From Bacillales bacterium UBA1737 (GTDB taxonomy: Bacteria > Bacillota_I > Bacilli_A > ML615J-28 > CAG-313), in the NCBI GenBank assembly GCA_002315915.1, contig DCIB01000024.1, positions 1 through 62,265 on the forward strand: DNA of 62,265 nucleotides, given 5' to 3'. How positions within the stretch are numbered: position 1 is the stretch's first letter; the number at the start of each line of letters is the position of its first letter. Below, piece after piece: positions 51,146 through 62,265 of this stretch. A program made the position numbers and the translations under genes. The notes beneath the pieces are model-generated. The model saw nothing but the letters and a program-made list of their open reading frames with translations. It made no database searches and was not told where the DNA came from.

Positions 51146-51189
51146 ATTACTAAAAATGAGTATGTTTAATCATACTCATTTTTAGTAAT
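51146..51189 (-). terminator. Terminator ending the long operon that starts near 62.2 kb
   Basis: 19-bp perfect stem attactaaaaatgagtatg/catactcatttttagtaat with a 6-nt loop. Confidence 0.75.
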
Positions 51190-51881
51190 TATATAAACAA
51201 TTTTCTTTCTAAATATTCTCTTAATGGTTTAATTATTCCAGCAATAATTAAGAATAATCCAATTAATCCAAGGGAACATACACAATATAAGCTCCAAGTA
51301 AACATTTTGGAACCAAATGTAATGACATCACATAATTCTACTAACAATGTAGAACAACCCATAGCAATAAATAAGCCACCTGTAATAAATAATCTTCCTT
51401 TTTTAATAAATTTATATAAAGGAAGTGCTCCCATTACAATAAAACATATTATTGCAACAACAGGAAAAGCAAAACTTAAAAACCAATTACCATTAGTTTT
51501 TAAACATATATATAATAAAAATCCCTCAATAGCTGCAAATCCTACTGGCAAGAATATAAATGGATAATATTTATTAAACCAAAATGGCAAACAAAACAAA
51601 ATATATAGTAATGCACAACTTAGCATTACGTATCCGCTCCATGAAGCAGATCCATATAAATTTAAACATATAATTAATGTAGTAAGACATGTTGCAATTA
51701 AAAATATAGTTATAAAACTTAATGCAACAAAAGTTTTTTGTCTATATTCTTTTGGATATAAATCAGAATATTTTTGTTTTACTACTTCATCAATATTATC
51801 AAAAATCATTACTGGTGTTTCACATAAAGGACAAGACTTTACTCCTTTTTCTAATTTAACACCACATTTAACACAATACAT
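51189..51881 (-). CDS. Zinc-ribbon membrane protein
   Basis: N-terminal YCVKCG...CPLC ribbon followed by about 6 TM helices. Function unknown. Confidence 0.6.
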   Translation of the reverse strand: MYCVKCGVKLEKGVKSCPLCETPVMIFDNIDEVVKQKYSDLYPKEYRQKTFVALSFITIFLIATCLTTLIICLNLYGSASWSGYVMLSCALLYILFCLPFWFNKYYPFIFLPVGFAAIEGFLLYICLKTNGNWFLSFAFPVVAIICFIVMGALPLYKFIKKGRLFITGGLFIAMGCSTLLVELCDVITFGSKMFTWSLYCVCSLGLIGLFLIIAGIIKPLREYLERKLFI

Positions 51882-51892
51882 GTATATCCCCC

Positions 51893-53161
51893 TTATTCAG
51901 AAGCCTGTATTTCTACAGGTATACCTAAACTTACTAGCTTAGAGAAGAATAGTCTTTCTAATTCTGCATTTTTTAGTTTTCTAATAAAACTCAAATATAA
52001 TTTTCCATTATATGTAATAGATGACGCAATATCATGATGATAGATACCAGTTGATATTAAGAAATGAACTGAATCTACATATTTATCCCATATATCATCA
52101 TGTGGGATAACTCCAATATTTGATAGAGTTATTGATTCATTTTTTTCGCCTATAATATTAAAGCCAATATTTATAATTATATCTTTTAAAGATAATGGAG
52201 AAATTTTTAAAAAATTTAAATTTTGTAAAAATAAATTTTGTGATACAGCTCCCGCCACTTTTTGAGAAGAAGTTTCACTTTTTATTTGACGTTGTAATTC
52301 TAGGCATAATTCTTTAAAAGAATACTTTGGAAGTTTAGGATCTATTGTAATATCAGTTTTTAAAGCAAAGTTTCTTAAAGAATTTATATGAAATATTCTT
52401 CTTAAATCATATGGTACTCCAACACCAATAATTCTTTGTTTTTTAAATCTGACTTTCTTTTCTTGTATTTCTTGTAAACATTCAATTAATAGTGCGTCTA
52501 AAAAAGCCGTAACAGATACTTCATATTCATGAGCTTTTTCTTTAACAAGATTAGAATCCATTATTCCAGTAACTCTAATAACTTTAGTTCCTGGAAGAAA
52601 TTCACCAGTATAATGAAATGCTCTATTATTAGGTCTTACATATCTAGATTCTGCTTTACATTTAGGGAAAGCATCTTCAATTTCTTCTAAAGTTGGTTCA
52701 TCATCTAGATTATATATACCATTTTCTTTTTTAATAGTTTCATTATATTTTAGTTCTAAGTATCTAGAAACTAAATTTCTAAAAAATATTAATCCTCCAT
52801 CGCCATCTGAAACTGCATGGAATACTTCTACTGCAATTCTATTTTCATAATATAATATTTGAATACAAGACTTTTTTAAATCTGAAGATGATTTAATAGT
52901 TAAAGGATAAGCATAATCTAACTTAGATAATAATGGTTTTTTTAATTCTTCTAAATAATGCCAAAATAATCCATTTTTTAGAGATACAAAAAAAGTTGGA
53001 AATCTTTTTCTTAAATCAGCTATTGCTTGATCTAGAATATCTTTATCTATATTATCTTTAAGCGTTGCAGATAATCTATACTGAGGAGTATATATTTTAT
53101 TAAATATTGCTGGAAACGCAACAGCTGCATTATCCAACCTATACCATTTCTTTTTTGACAT
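51893..53161 (-). CDS. Condensation-domain/alcohol-acyltransferase-like enzyme (HxxxDG)
   Basis: 422 aa with FHAVSDGDGG (the HxxxDG catalytic motif of C-domain/WS-DGAT/PapA5-type acyltransferases) at about residue 115. Confidence 0.6.
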   Translation of the reverse strand: MSKKKWYRLDNAAVAFPAIFNKIYTPQYRLSATLKDNIDKDILDQAIADLRKRFPTFFVSLKNGLFWHYLEELKKPLLSKLDYAYPLTIKSSSDLKKSCIQILYYENRIAVEVFHAVSDGDGGLIFFRNLVSRYLELKYNETIKKENGIYNLDDEPTLEEIEDAFPKCKAESRYVRPNNRAFHYTGEFLPGTKVIRVTGIMDSNLVKEKAHEYEVSVTAFLDALLIECLQEIQEKKVRFKKQRIIGVGVPYDLRRIFHINSLRNFALKTDITIDPKLPKYSFKELCLELQRQIKSETSSQKVAGAVSQNLFLQNLNFLKISPLSLKDIIINIGFNIIGEKNESITLSNIGVIPHDDIWDKYVDSVHFLISTGIYHHDIASSITYNGKLYLSFIRKLKNAELERLFFSKLVSLGIPVEIQASE

Positions 53162-53182
53162 AAGTCACCTATAAATTATTAA

Positions 53183-54553
53183 TTAGTAATTATTTAATTC
53201 ATTATTTTTTAATTTATTTAAATGTTTAACTAAACTTATTAAGAAAGGAATACTAAATAAAGAAGTTAATATATCAGCAGCAGCTTGTGTTATTTCAACT
53301 CCTGTTAATCCAAAATATTTAGGTAATATAAATACTAAAGGTATAAAGAATATTCCTTGTTTGCAACAAGAAAGAAGTGTTGCTCTTCCTTTTTTTCTCA
53401 TAGATTGAAAAGACATATTGCATATTACATTAATACATATCAATGGTTGGAAATAACATTGATATTTTACTGCTCTAATACATATATCTATAACATTTTG
53501 ATCTTTTGTAAAGAATGATACTGCCTCAAATGAGAATATATATAAAATAATAGATAATATACTCATAAATATAAGTCCTGCTGTAAATGTAAATAGCATA
53601 GCTTCTTTTACTCTATCATATCTTTTAGCAAAATAATTATATCCACATACAGGTTGATATCCTTGTCCAATACCTAAACAACATGAAAACATCACCATAA
53701 ATATTTTTGATGTAATACTCATTGCCGATATTGCGGCATTACCGCCTAATGGTCCTGCTTGATTATTAAGAAGTATTGTAGCAATACTAGCAAGTCCTTG
53801 TCTACATAGAGATGGAAATCCTAATTTTATTATTTCTAAATAAGTATTTAGTTTAAATACAATGTATTTTGGGTTAAGAGTAATTATTGCTTTTTTAATA
53901 ATAAACATAAAAAGCATAATTATAAAACTTACTCCTTGAGAAATAAGTGTTGCAATAGCAGCACCTTTTACTCCAAGAGAAAATGTGTATATAAATAATG
54001 GATCAAGAAATATATTAAGAATACCACCAGTTGCAATACCAATCATTGAAAATCTTGCTTTACCTTCAGATCTTAATATATTATTCATAATAAAAGATCC
54101 AATCATTAAAGGGGCTCCTATTAAAATATATGTCCCGTATTCAATGCCAAGTTCAATTGATTCGTCTATTGCACCTAAAAACATTACAAGTGGTTTAATA
54201 AATATTAAACCAAATATCATAAATAATATTCCTATAAATATGCCACAATAAAAAGAACTTGATCCATAATATTGAGCATCATTATTTTTCTTCATTCCAA
54301 GTAATGAAGAAATCATATTGCCTGCACCCATTCCAAGCATAAAGCCAAATGCTTGAATTATAGCCATTAAAGGAAATATTACTCCAACAGCTGCTGATGC
54401 ATTAGTGTCATAATTAGATACATAATATGTATCAGCAATATTATATATTGCTGTTACAAGCATAGATATAGTTGTAGGAAGACCAAGAGTTAATATTAAC
54501 TTCTTGACAGGTGTATTTATCATCTTGTTAAATTGTTCTTCTTCTTTTGCCAT
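53183..54553 (-). CDS. MATE-family efflux transporter
   Basis: 456 aa, 12 TM, with a MATE-like N-terminus (PVKKLILTLGLPTTISMLVTAIYNIADTYYV). Confidence 0.85.
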   Translation of the reverse strand: MAKEEEQFNKMINTPVKKLILTLGLPTTISMLVTAIYNIADTYYVSNYDTNASAAVGVIFPLMAIIQAFGFMLGMGAGNMISSLLGMKKNNDAQYYGSSSFYCGIFIGILFMIFGLIFIKPLVMFLGAIDESIELGIEYGTYILIGAPLMIGSFIMNNILRSEGKARFSMIGIATGGILNIFLDPLFIYTFSLGVKGAAIATLISQGVSFIIMLFMFIIKKAIITLNPKYIVFKLNTYLEIIKLGFPSLCRQGLASIATILLNNQAGPLGGNAAISAMSITSKIFMVMFSCCLGIGQGYQPVCGYNYFAKRYDRVKEAMLFTFTAGLIFMSILSIILYIFSFEAVSFFTKDQNVIDICIRAVKYQCYFQPLICINVICNMSFQSMRKKGRATLLSCCKQGIFFIPLVFILPKYFGLTGVEITQAAADILTSLFSIPFLISLVKHLNKLKNNELNNY

Positions 54554-54577
54554 TAGTCTTCCTTTCTTTAAAGGTTA

Positions 54578-56587
<2,010 letters not shown>

Positions 56588-58669
56588 CTATTTTAAAACT
56601 TTTAAATCAGGGTAATTTTTATCTATTTTTCTTATAGAATTATCTTTATCAAATACAATTTGATAGAAATCTCCATCAAATGCAACAACTTTTCCATAAC
56701 CAAAATATTTATGATTAACTTTACTTGCTATTTTGATTTCATTATCATTTGTAATAGATTTGCCTTGATCTACTACTTTACATTTATTATTACTACTAAT
56801 AAATTCTTTTAAAAATCTTGAAGGAGGATTACTAATAGTTCTTCCATAGATAAATCTATCTTTAGCGCATGTTAAATATAGAAGGTTTTTAGCACGTGTA
56901 AATGCAACATATGCAACACGTCTTTCTTCTTCTATTTCTATATCTTCTCTAAATGATGGAAATATTCCTTCTTCTAAAGCAACAACGAATACTACTTTAA
57001 ATTCAAGTCCTTTAACAGAGTGAATAGTAGATAATGTTACTGCATCTTTTTTTTCAGTAGTTTCATATGATTGATCTAGTAATAGATTATCTATTCCTAA
57101 TCTTAATCGTTCCATATTACTAATATCTTTATTATTAATATCTTTTTCAATATTAGAAAGTATTGATTTAAATTCCATAACGTTTTCTACTCTAAACGAA
57201 TTAGGATTTTCATCTTCACTTTCTAGTATTTTTATATAATTAGTTCTTTCTAAGAAATAATCAAAGAACTTTGTTAATGATAACTTTTCAACATGATCTA
57301 TTAAATCTTCAATTTGATCTTTGAAATCAAGTAATGATAAATATTTTTTAGAAGGATTATTTATACATAATTCTTTTATAGAATCAAGTAATGATATTCC
57401 ATAAGTATCTCTTATATATAATATCTTTTCTATAGTTTTTTCACCTATACCACGTGGTTCAATATTAACGATTCTTCTAAAATGAGCTTCACGGTTAGGG
57501 TCAATGATAAATCTAAAATAAGTAATAACATCTTTAACTTCTTTTCTTTTAAAATAAGAAAATCCACCATAGATATTATATGGAATTGTATTATGAGAAA
57601 AATCAGCTTCAAAATTATGTGATAAAGCAGAATTACGATATAGAACTGCTATATCTTTATATTCTGCGTAGCCTTCTCTTACTAATCTTTTAATTTCTCT
57701 TACAACAAAATCTGTTTCAGCGTTATAATATTGGGCTTGTTGAATAATTACATCATCATCTTCTCCATTAATATTGGAAAAAAGATTTTTTTCTTCTCTA
57801 TTTACATTATTATTAATAAGATTATTAGCACCTTTTAATATAATGTTACTTGATCTATAGTTTTCATTTAAAATTACTTTTTTATAACTTGGGAAATCTT
57901 TAGTAAAACTAATCATATTCTCAGGAGTAGCACCACTAAATGAATATATTGATTGGTCATCATCACCTACTACAAATAAGTTGTTATATTTATCAGCTAA
58001 TAGTTTTATTATTTCATATTGAATAAGATTAGTATCTTGAAATTCATCTACTAATATATATTTATAATATTCTTGATAATATGATAAAACATTTTGATTA
58101 TTTTTTAATAAATCTAATGTTTTAATAAGTAAATCATCAAAATCTAAATAACTGTTTTCTTTTAGAATTTGTTCATATGTATCATAAATATTTTGATATC
58201 TTTTAGGTATTATCCCACATTTATTTTTATAATTAGAAATAGCATTTAAGACATTTTTCAATGGAATAAATGTTTTATCTATTTCTAATTTTTTATAACA
58301 TTCATTGATTACTTTTAATGAATCATCTTCATCTAATATTTCAAATGTTTTATTATAACCTAAAAGTTCAATATTTTTTCTTAATATTTTTACACATAAT
58401 GAATGAATAGTTGAAATATTTAGAAGTTTTGCGTCTTCTAAAAGGTAAGTTCCAAGTCTTTCGCTCATTTCGTTGGTTGCTTTTTTAGTAAAAGTAATAG
58501 CTAGAATGTTATAAGGCTTTATATCACATTCAGAAACCATATACGCAACTCGAGCAGTTAATGTCTTAGTTTTACCAGTTCCTGCACCAGCATAAACTAA
58601 AACAGGACCTTCAATTTGTGAAACAGCTATACGCTGTTGTTCATTTAGAACATCCAAAATAGATGACAT
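56588..58669 (-). CDS. pcrA: ATP-dependent DNA helicase PcrA/UvrD
   Basis: AGAGTGKT, VDEFQDT and TIHSVKGLEF motifs plus a C-terminal Tudor-like tail. Adjacent to ligA, as in Bacillus. Confidence 0.9.
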   Translation of the reverse strand: MSSILDVLNEQQRIAVSQIEGPVLVYAGAGTGKTKTLTARVAYMVSECDIKPYNILAITFTKKATNEMSERLGTYLLEDAKLLNISTIHSLCVKILRKNIELLGYNKTFEILDEDDSLKVINECYKKLEIDKTFIPLKNVLNAISNYKNKCGIIPKRYQNIYDTYEQILKENSYLDFDDLLIKTLDLLKNNQNVLSYYQEYYKYILVDEFQDTNLIQYEIIKLLADKYNNLFVVGDDDQSIYSFSGATPENMISFTKDFPSYKKVILNENYRSSNIILKGANNLINNNVNREEKNLFSNINGEDDDVIIQQAQYYNAETDFVVREIKRLVREGYAEYKDIAVLYRNSALSHNFEADFSHNTIPYNIYGGFSYFKRKEVKDVITYFRFIIDPNREAHFRRIVNIEPRGIGEKTIEKILYIRDTYGISLLDSIKELCINNPSKKYLSLLDFKDQIEDLIDHVEKLSLTKFFDYFLERTNYIKILESEDENPNSFRVENVMEFKSILSNIEKDINNKDISNMERLRLGIDNLLLDQSYETTEKKDAVTLSTIHSVKGLEFKVVFVVALEEGIFPSFREDIEIEEERRVAYVAFTRAKNLLYLTCAKDRFIYGRTISNPPSRFLKEFISSNNKCKVVDQGKSITNDNEIKIASKVNHKYFGYGKVVAFDGDFYQIVFDKDNSIRKIDKNYPDLKVLK

Positions 58670-60319
58670 TTATTGACCATTAAATGATGATTTTAACCCT
58701 ACAATTCGGTTAAAATTAATTACATTCCCTTTTCTTTCTTTATCTGTTGTATAATATCCATTTCTAATAAATTGGAATTTATCTTCACTATTTGTATCTT
58801 TTAAGTATTCTTCAACAAATCCATCTTTAACTATCCATGAAGATGGATTTATATTATCTTTAAAATTATTAATATCAACGACTTCATTAATCATTAAAAA
58901 ATCAAATAAATTAAATTTACATGGAATTGCGGTTGTTGCTTCTACATAATGAATAGTACCATTAGGTTTTCTTTCATCAAAACCAGTACCAGATTTAGTA
59001 CGTTCATCATATGTACAATGAATTTCAATTATGTTTCCTAAATTATCTTTTATTACTTCATTACATTTAATAAAATATGCATGCATCAAACGTACTTCAT
59101 CACCTATTGATAATCTTTTCCATTTCTTATTAGGTTTAACTTCTATAAAATCTTCTTTTTCAATATATATATATTTACCAAAAGCCATTTTATGAGTTCC
59201 TAATTCTGGATTTTCTGTATTATTAATTGAATCAACGTATTCGATTTTTCCTTCAGGATAATTAGTTATAACTACTTTTAATGGATCTACTATCGCCATT
59301 GGTCTAATAGTTTTAAGTTTTAAATCTTCTCTTAAGAAATATTCAAGCATTCCATAATCAACTGTTGAATTAATTTTAGATAATCCAGTTGCAAGAATAA
59401 AATTCTTAATTGATTCTGGAGTAAATCCTCTTCTTCTAAGTCCAACAAGTGTTGGCATTCTTGGATCATCATATCCTGTTACATAGTTTTCATCAACTAA
59501 TTGTTTTAAGTATCTTTTACTCATTAAAGTATGAGTGATATTTAATCTACCCCATTCTATTTGTCTAGGATGAGCTGGCAATACATCACAATTATCGATA
59601 ACCCATTCATATAAATGTCTATGATCTTCGAATTCTATACTACATAAAGAATGTGTAATATTTTCTGTAGCATCTTGTAGTGGATGAGCAAAATCATACA
59701 TAGGATAAATACACCATTTATCCTTTGTTTGATGATGAGATACATGCATTATACGATATATAACTGGATCTCTCATATTCATATTAGGACTTGCCATATC
59801 GATTTTTGCACGTAGAGTTTTTTCTCCATCTTTAAATTCACCATTTCTCATTCTAGCAAATAAATCTAAATTTTCTTCTATAGATCTATTTCTATATGGA
59901 GAATCTTTACCTGGATGATTAATATCTCCTCTATATGAAGCTATTTCATCATGTGTTAAATCATCAACATATGCTAACCCTTTTTTAATTAATAAAACAG
60001 CCTTTTCATAATTTGATTCAAAATAAGAAGAACCATAATTAATGCTAACAGGAGTATAACCAAGCCATTTAATATCATTAATAATTGCTTCTACATATTC
60101 ATTTCCTTCTTTAGAAGGGTTAGTATCATCTAAACGTAAGTTTGTTTTTCCACCATAAAATGAGGCCATTTCAAAGTTATTTATTATAGCTCTTGCATGA
60201 CCTATATGTAAATAAGCGTTTGGTTCTGGAGGAAAACGAGTTAAAATATGGTCTACAACACCATTTTCTAAATCGTTTTTCATTATAGTTTTTATAAAAT
60301 TAGAATTATCATTCATCAT
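58670..60319 (-). CDS. glnS: Glutaminyl-tRNA synthetase
   Basis: TRFPPEPNAYLHIGHA (GlnRS-type HIGH region), LMSKR (KMSKS) and a C-terminal beta-barrel anticodon-binding part. Confidence 0.9.
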   Translation of the reverse strand: MMNDNSNFIKTIMKNDLENGVVDHILTRFPPEPNAYLHIGHARAIINNFEMASFYGGKTNLRLDDTNPSKEGNEYVEAIINDIKWLGYTPVSINYGSSYFESNYEKAVLLIKKGLAYVDDLTHDEIASYRGDINHPGKDSPYRNRSIEENLDLFARMRNGEFKDGEKTLRAKIDMASPNMNMRDPVIYRIMHVSHHQTKDKWCIYPMYDFAHPLQDATENITHSLCSIEFEDHRHLYEWVIDNCDVLPAHPRQIEWGRLNITHTLMSKRYLKQLVDENYVTGYDDPRMPTLVGLRRRGFTPESIKNFILATGLSKINSTVDYGMLEYFLREDLKLKTIRPMAIVDPLKVVITNYPEGKIEYVDSINNTENPELGTHKMAFGKYIYIEKEDFIEVKPNKKWKRLSIGDEVRLMHAYFIKCNEVIKDNLGNIIEIHCTYDERTKSGTGFDERKPNGTIHYVEATTAIPCKFNLFDFLMINEVVDINNFKDNINPSSWIVKDGFVEEYLKDTNSEDKFQFIRNGYYTTDKERKGNVINFNRIVGLKSSFNGQ

Positions 60320-60334
60320 AAGTAAATTATTCCT

Positions 60335-60997
60335 TTAGTATATTTTATTCATAGATATATAATTTGTATTATTTTTATATAAATCAACTAATAATTTTTC
60401 ATCATCAATTAGATTATTAGTTGAAGGACATATAATCATTACTAAGATATTTTTAGTATTAATAGTTACTTTAGTTCTATCAGTATCAGAAGTAGGAGAA
60501 CCAAATGCTCCTAATTCATCTTTATATATAATCATATTATTCATATTAATAATATCTCTATTGATACCATTAAAAGAATCATTATTTGTTCCTAAAGTAA
60601 TTTCAATATTACCTTCTAACTTATCGCTATCAACAACACAAACACTTCTTAAAGATTTAATAGATAAAATATTACCTAAATCTATTACATCACCTAATCT
60701 ATATAAACCTTTTTTATTAATTATTCTTCTAAGTAATGCTTCACAAGCAGGTCTTGTATGTGATGGATCTTTGCCTAGTGTTTTATACATATCACGTGTT
60801 TCTTTTAGTTTTGGAATTAAAGTTATCTCATCATAATTATAAATATTATGTAAAGTATTATTTAATTCATTAATTATATTAGTAACATTAATTGATTTGT
60901 CTAATACATTGTATGAATTATTAAAACAAATAGTATATGCAATAACTGTAAAATTAGGTAATTTTTCTAATAATTTATTGTTGATTGTTAAGTTCAT
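60335..60997 (-). CDS. Stand-alone B3/B4 (PheRS-beta editing-like) domain protein
   Basis: 220 aa. GKDPSHTRPACEALLRRIINKKGLYRLGDVIDLGNILS matches the conserved core of free-standing B3/4 domain proteins. Confidence 0.65.
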   Translation of the reverse strand: MNLTINNKLLEKLPNFTVIAYTICFNNSYNVLDKSINVTNIINELNNTLHNIYNYDEITLIPKLKETRDMYKTLGKDPSHTRPACEALLRRIINKKGLYRLGDVIDLGNILSIKSLRSVCVVDSDKLEGNIEITLGTNNDSFNGINRDIINMNNMIIYKDELGAFGSPTSDTDRTKVTINTKNILVMIICPSTNNLIDDEKLLVDLYKNNTNYISMNKIY

Positions 60998-62144
60998 AAG
61001 TAATTTCTTGTATTTCTACTTTAATATCTTTTGCTTTTAAAACTTCATCTTCTAAATAAGATATAGAATCTTCTATCTTAGATAATAAATCTTGTAAATC
61101 TTTATATGATAAAAGCAATTTAGGAAGATTAGTTTTTATTTTTTCTCTTTCTTCTAAGATCTGCATTAAATTATCATATTCACTAGTTAAAGATAATGCA
61201 TTAATTTTTTCTTTAATTAATTTTTCATTATCTATAACATGTGATCGTCTTTGTTTAATATCATCTAATGCATCATTTAACTGCTGCATCTTTTCAGAAG
61301 AATTAGCATATAATGATCTATTAGCTTTTTCTTTATAACAATCATTATATTCTTTTTCTAACTGGAATAGCGATTCTTTAGATTTAGAAAGTTCATCTTG
61401 TAATGATGCATATTCATTAGATAAGTTTAAATATGCTTTATTAGAATGAATTATCGATTCTGTATCTTTTAAATAATTATTAATTTCATCAATACTTATT
61501 TTTGATTGTCTTAATGTTTCATTAAAAATAGGTAAATCATCTTTTAACTTATTAAGTTTAGAAATAGTATGAGAATATTTATTTAATTCTATTTTTAATT
61601 CTTCTAATCTATTCATTAATAAGTTTTTTCTATTATATAGCGTATCTAAGCTTAATAAATATTCTTCTTTTTCTTTTAAGTAATTATCAAGCATAGACAT
61701 AATTACTTCATTATCATCACCTTTTAACTGATGATATTCAATTAAATCTTTTATTTTTAATAAATCTTTCTGCTCATTATTTTTAAAAGTATCATCTAAA
61801 TCACCAACAAAACGTGATTTATTTTTAATTAAGGATTTAATTTCTGCTATTTTTACTTCTAATTCTTCTAAAGAAACAGTCCTTAAATTATCAAATAATT
61901 TATTTAATTCATCACTAGATGCGTTAGATTCTTTTAAATCTATATATACTTGATTATTTAATATTGAATTATCAATGTCTTTTTTTTCAAGATATAGATT
62001 ATCTAAATCTTTTTCTAAATTAAATAAATCTAGATTTGCTTCATTTTTTCTAAACAATAATATTCTATCTTTCATAGATATATATTTACTTTGATAATAG
62101 CTAATTAATGATAATTCTTTTTCATTTTCTAATTCATCAAACAT
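60975..62144 (-). CDS. Coiled-coil protein of unknown function
   Basis: 389 aa, rich in Glu/Lys/Leu/Asn heptad-like sequence. No TM segment and no catalytic motif. 23-nt overlap with the B3/4 gene. Confidence 0.5.
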   Translation of the reverse strand: MFDELENEKELSLISYYQSKYISMKDRILLFRKNEANLDLFNLEKDLDNLYLEKKDIDNSILNNQVYIDLKESNASSDELNKLFDNLRTVSLEELEVKIAEIKSLIKNKSRFVGDLDDTFKNNEQKDLLKIKDLIEYHQLKGDDNEVIMSMLDNYLKEKEEYLLSLDTLYNRKNLLMNRLEELKIELNKYSHTISKLNKLKDDLPIFNETLRQSKISIDEINNYLKDTESIIHSNKAYLNLSNEYASLQDELSKSKESLFQLEKEYNDCYKEKANRSLYANSSEKMQQLNDALDDIKQRRSHVIDNEKLIKEKINALSLTSEYDNLMQILEEREKIKTNLPKLLLSYKDLQDLLSKIEDSISYLEDEVLKAKDIKVEIQEITYELNNQQ

Positions 62145-62198
62145 ATTATTTCCTTACTATATCTAAAAATACGATATTTTAAGCCATTATATATAAAT

Positions 62199-62227
62199 AT
62201 TATACTCAAATTACCCTATTTATTCAA
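62199..62227 (-). promoter_or_regulatory. Sigma-A-type promoter for the coiled-coil/B3-4/glnS/pcrA/ligA operon
   Basis: On the minus strand: TTGAAT, a 17-nt spacer, then TATAAT, about 50 nt upstream of the ATG at 62144. Confidence 0.65.
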
Positions 62228-62265
62228 GTGAGTTGTAAGATGTGATTAACTTGTGATAATGTCTT

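Noticed and set aside
60975-62144. Calling the coiled-coil protein EzrA or another named division factor.
   Set aside because: It has no N-terminal transmembrane anchor, is only 389 aa, and shows no conserved EzrA C-terminal patch that I can recognise. Composition alone does not justify a name.

Overview
This is a 62.3-kb, very AT-rich (about a quarter G+C by eye) bacterial chromosomal segment. It holds 54 protein-coding genes at over 90% coding density, 43 on the minus strand and 11 on the plus strand. All family calls below come from motifs I recognise in the supplied translations; no homology search was run.

Several features point to a small-genome, low-GC Firmicutes or Mollicutes-related (Erysipelotrichia/Acholeplasma-like) organism:
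- B. subtilis-like synteny: rsmB-rlmN-rsgA-rpe, rpmB divergent from yloV-recG, and pcrA-ligA.
- Lgt plus lipobox lipoproteins.
- Asn/Lys/Ile-rich proteins.

The standard genetic code applies. TGA is a real stop for eno and for both moeA genes, and Trp is encoded by TGG.

I see no rRNA, tRNA, CRISPR array, transposase, integrase, phage gene, toxin-antitoxin pair or recognisable transcription factor. About 17 strong Rho-independent terminator hairpins and 4 sigma-A-type promoters are readable.

The content falls into three groups:
- Glycan and esterase genes at both ends: a GH36-like enzyme, an SGNH hydrolase, a SASA esterase, a 999-aa putative glycosidase, a permuted GH3, and MFS and ECF-S transporters.
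- A tungsten/molybdopterin supercluster at 8.7-21.1 kb. It comprises a candidate Moco/Tuco riboswitch with tupABC, then mog-moeA-moeA(PBP fusion)-moaA-moaC-MOSC, then polyferredoxin-AOR-moaD-thiF.
- Housekeeping blocks.

I cannot point to a clear-cut novel multi-gene system such as a defence island. The leads most worth follow-up are:
- The tungsten supercluster and its riboswitch candidate.
- A single in-frame TGA at a Trp-like position in an otherwise intact MFS transporter.
- An uncharacterised MATE / HxxxDG-acyltransferase / zinc-ribbon membrane protein module fused onto the pcrA-ligA operon.
- A stand-alone B3/4 domain gene coupled to glnS.
- A recurrent Cys-Asn-Cys-Asn start on mature lipoproteins.
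- A triple Cys-rich repeat on a surface 5'-nucleotidase.
- An A8 tract that splits a GH36-like gene from a plausible N-terminal exon.
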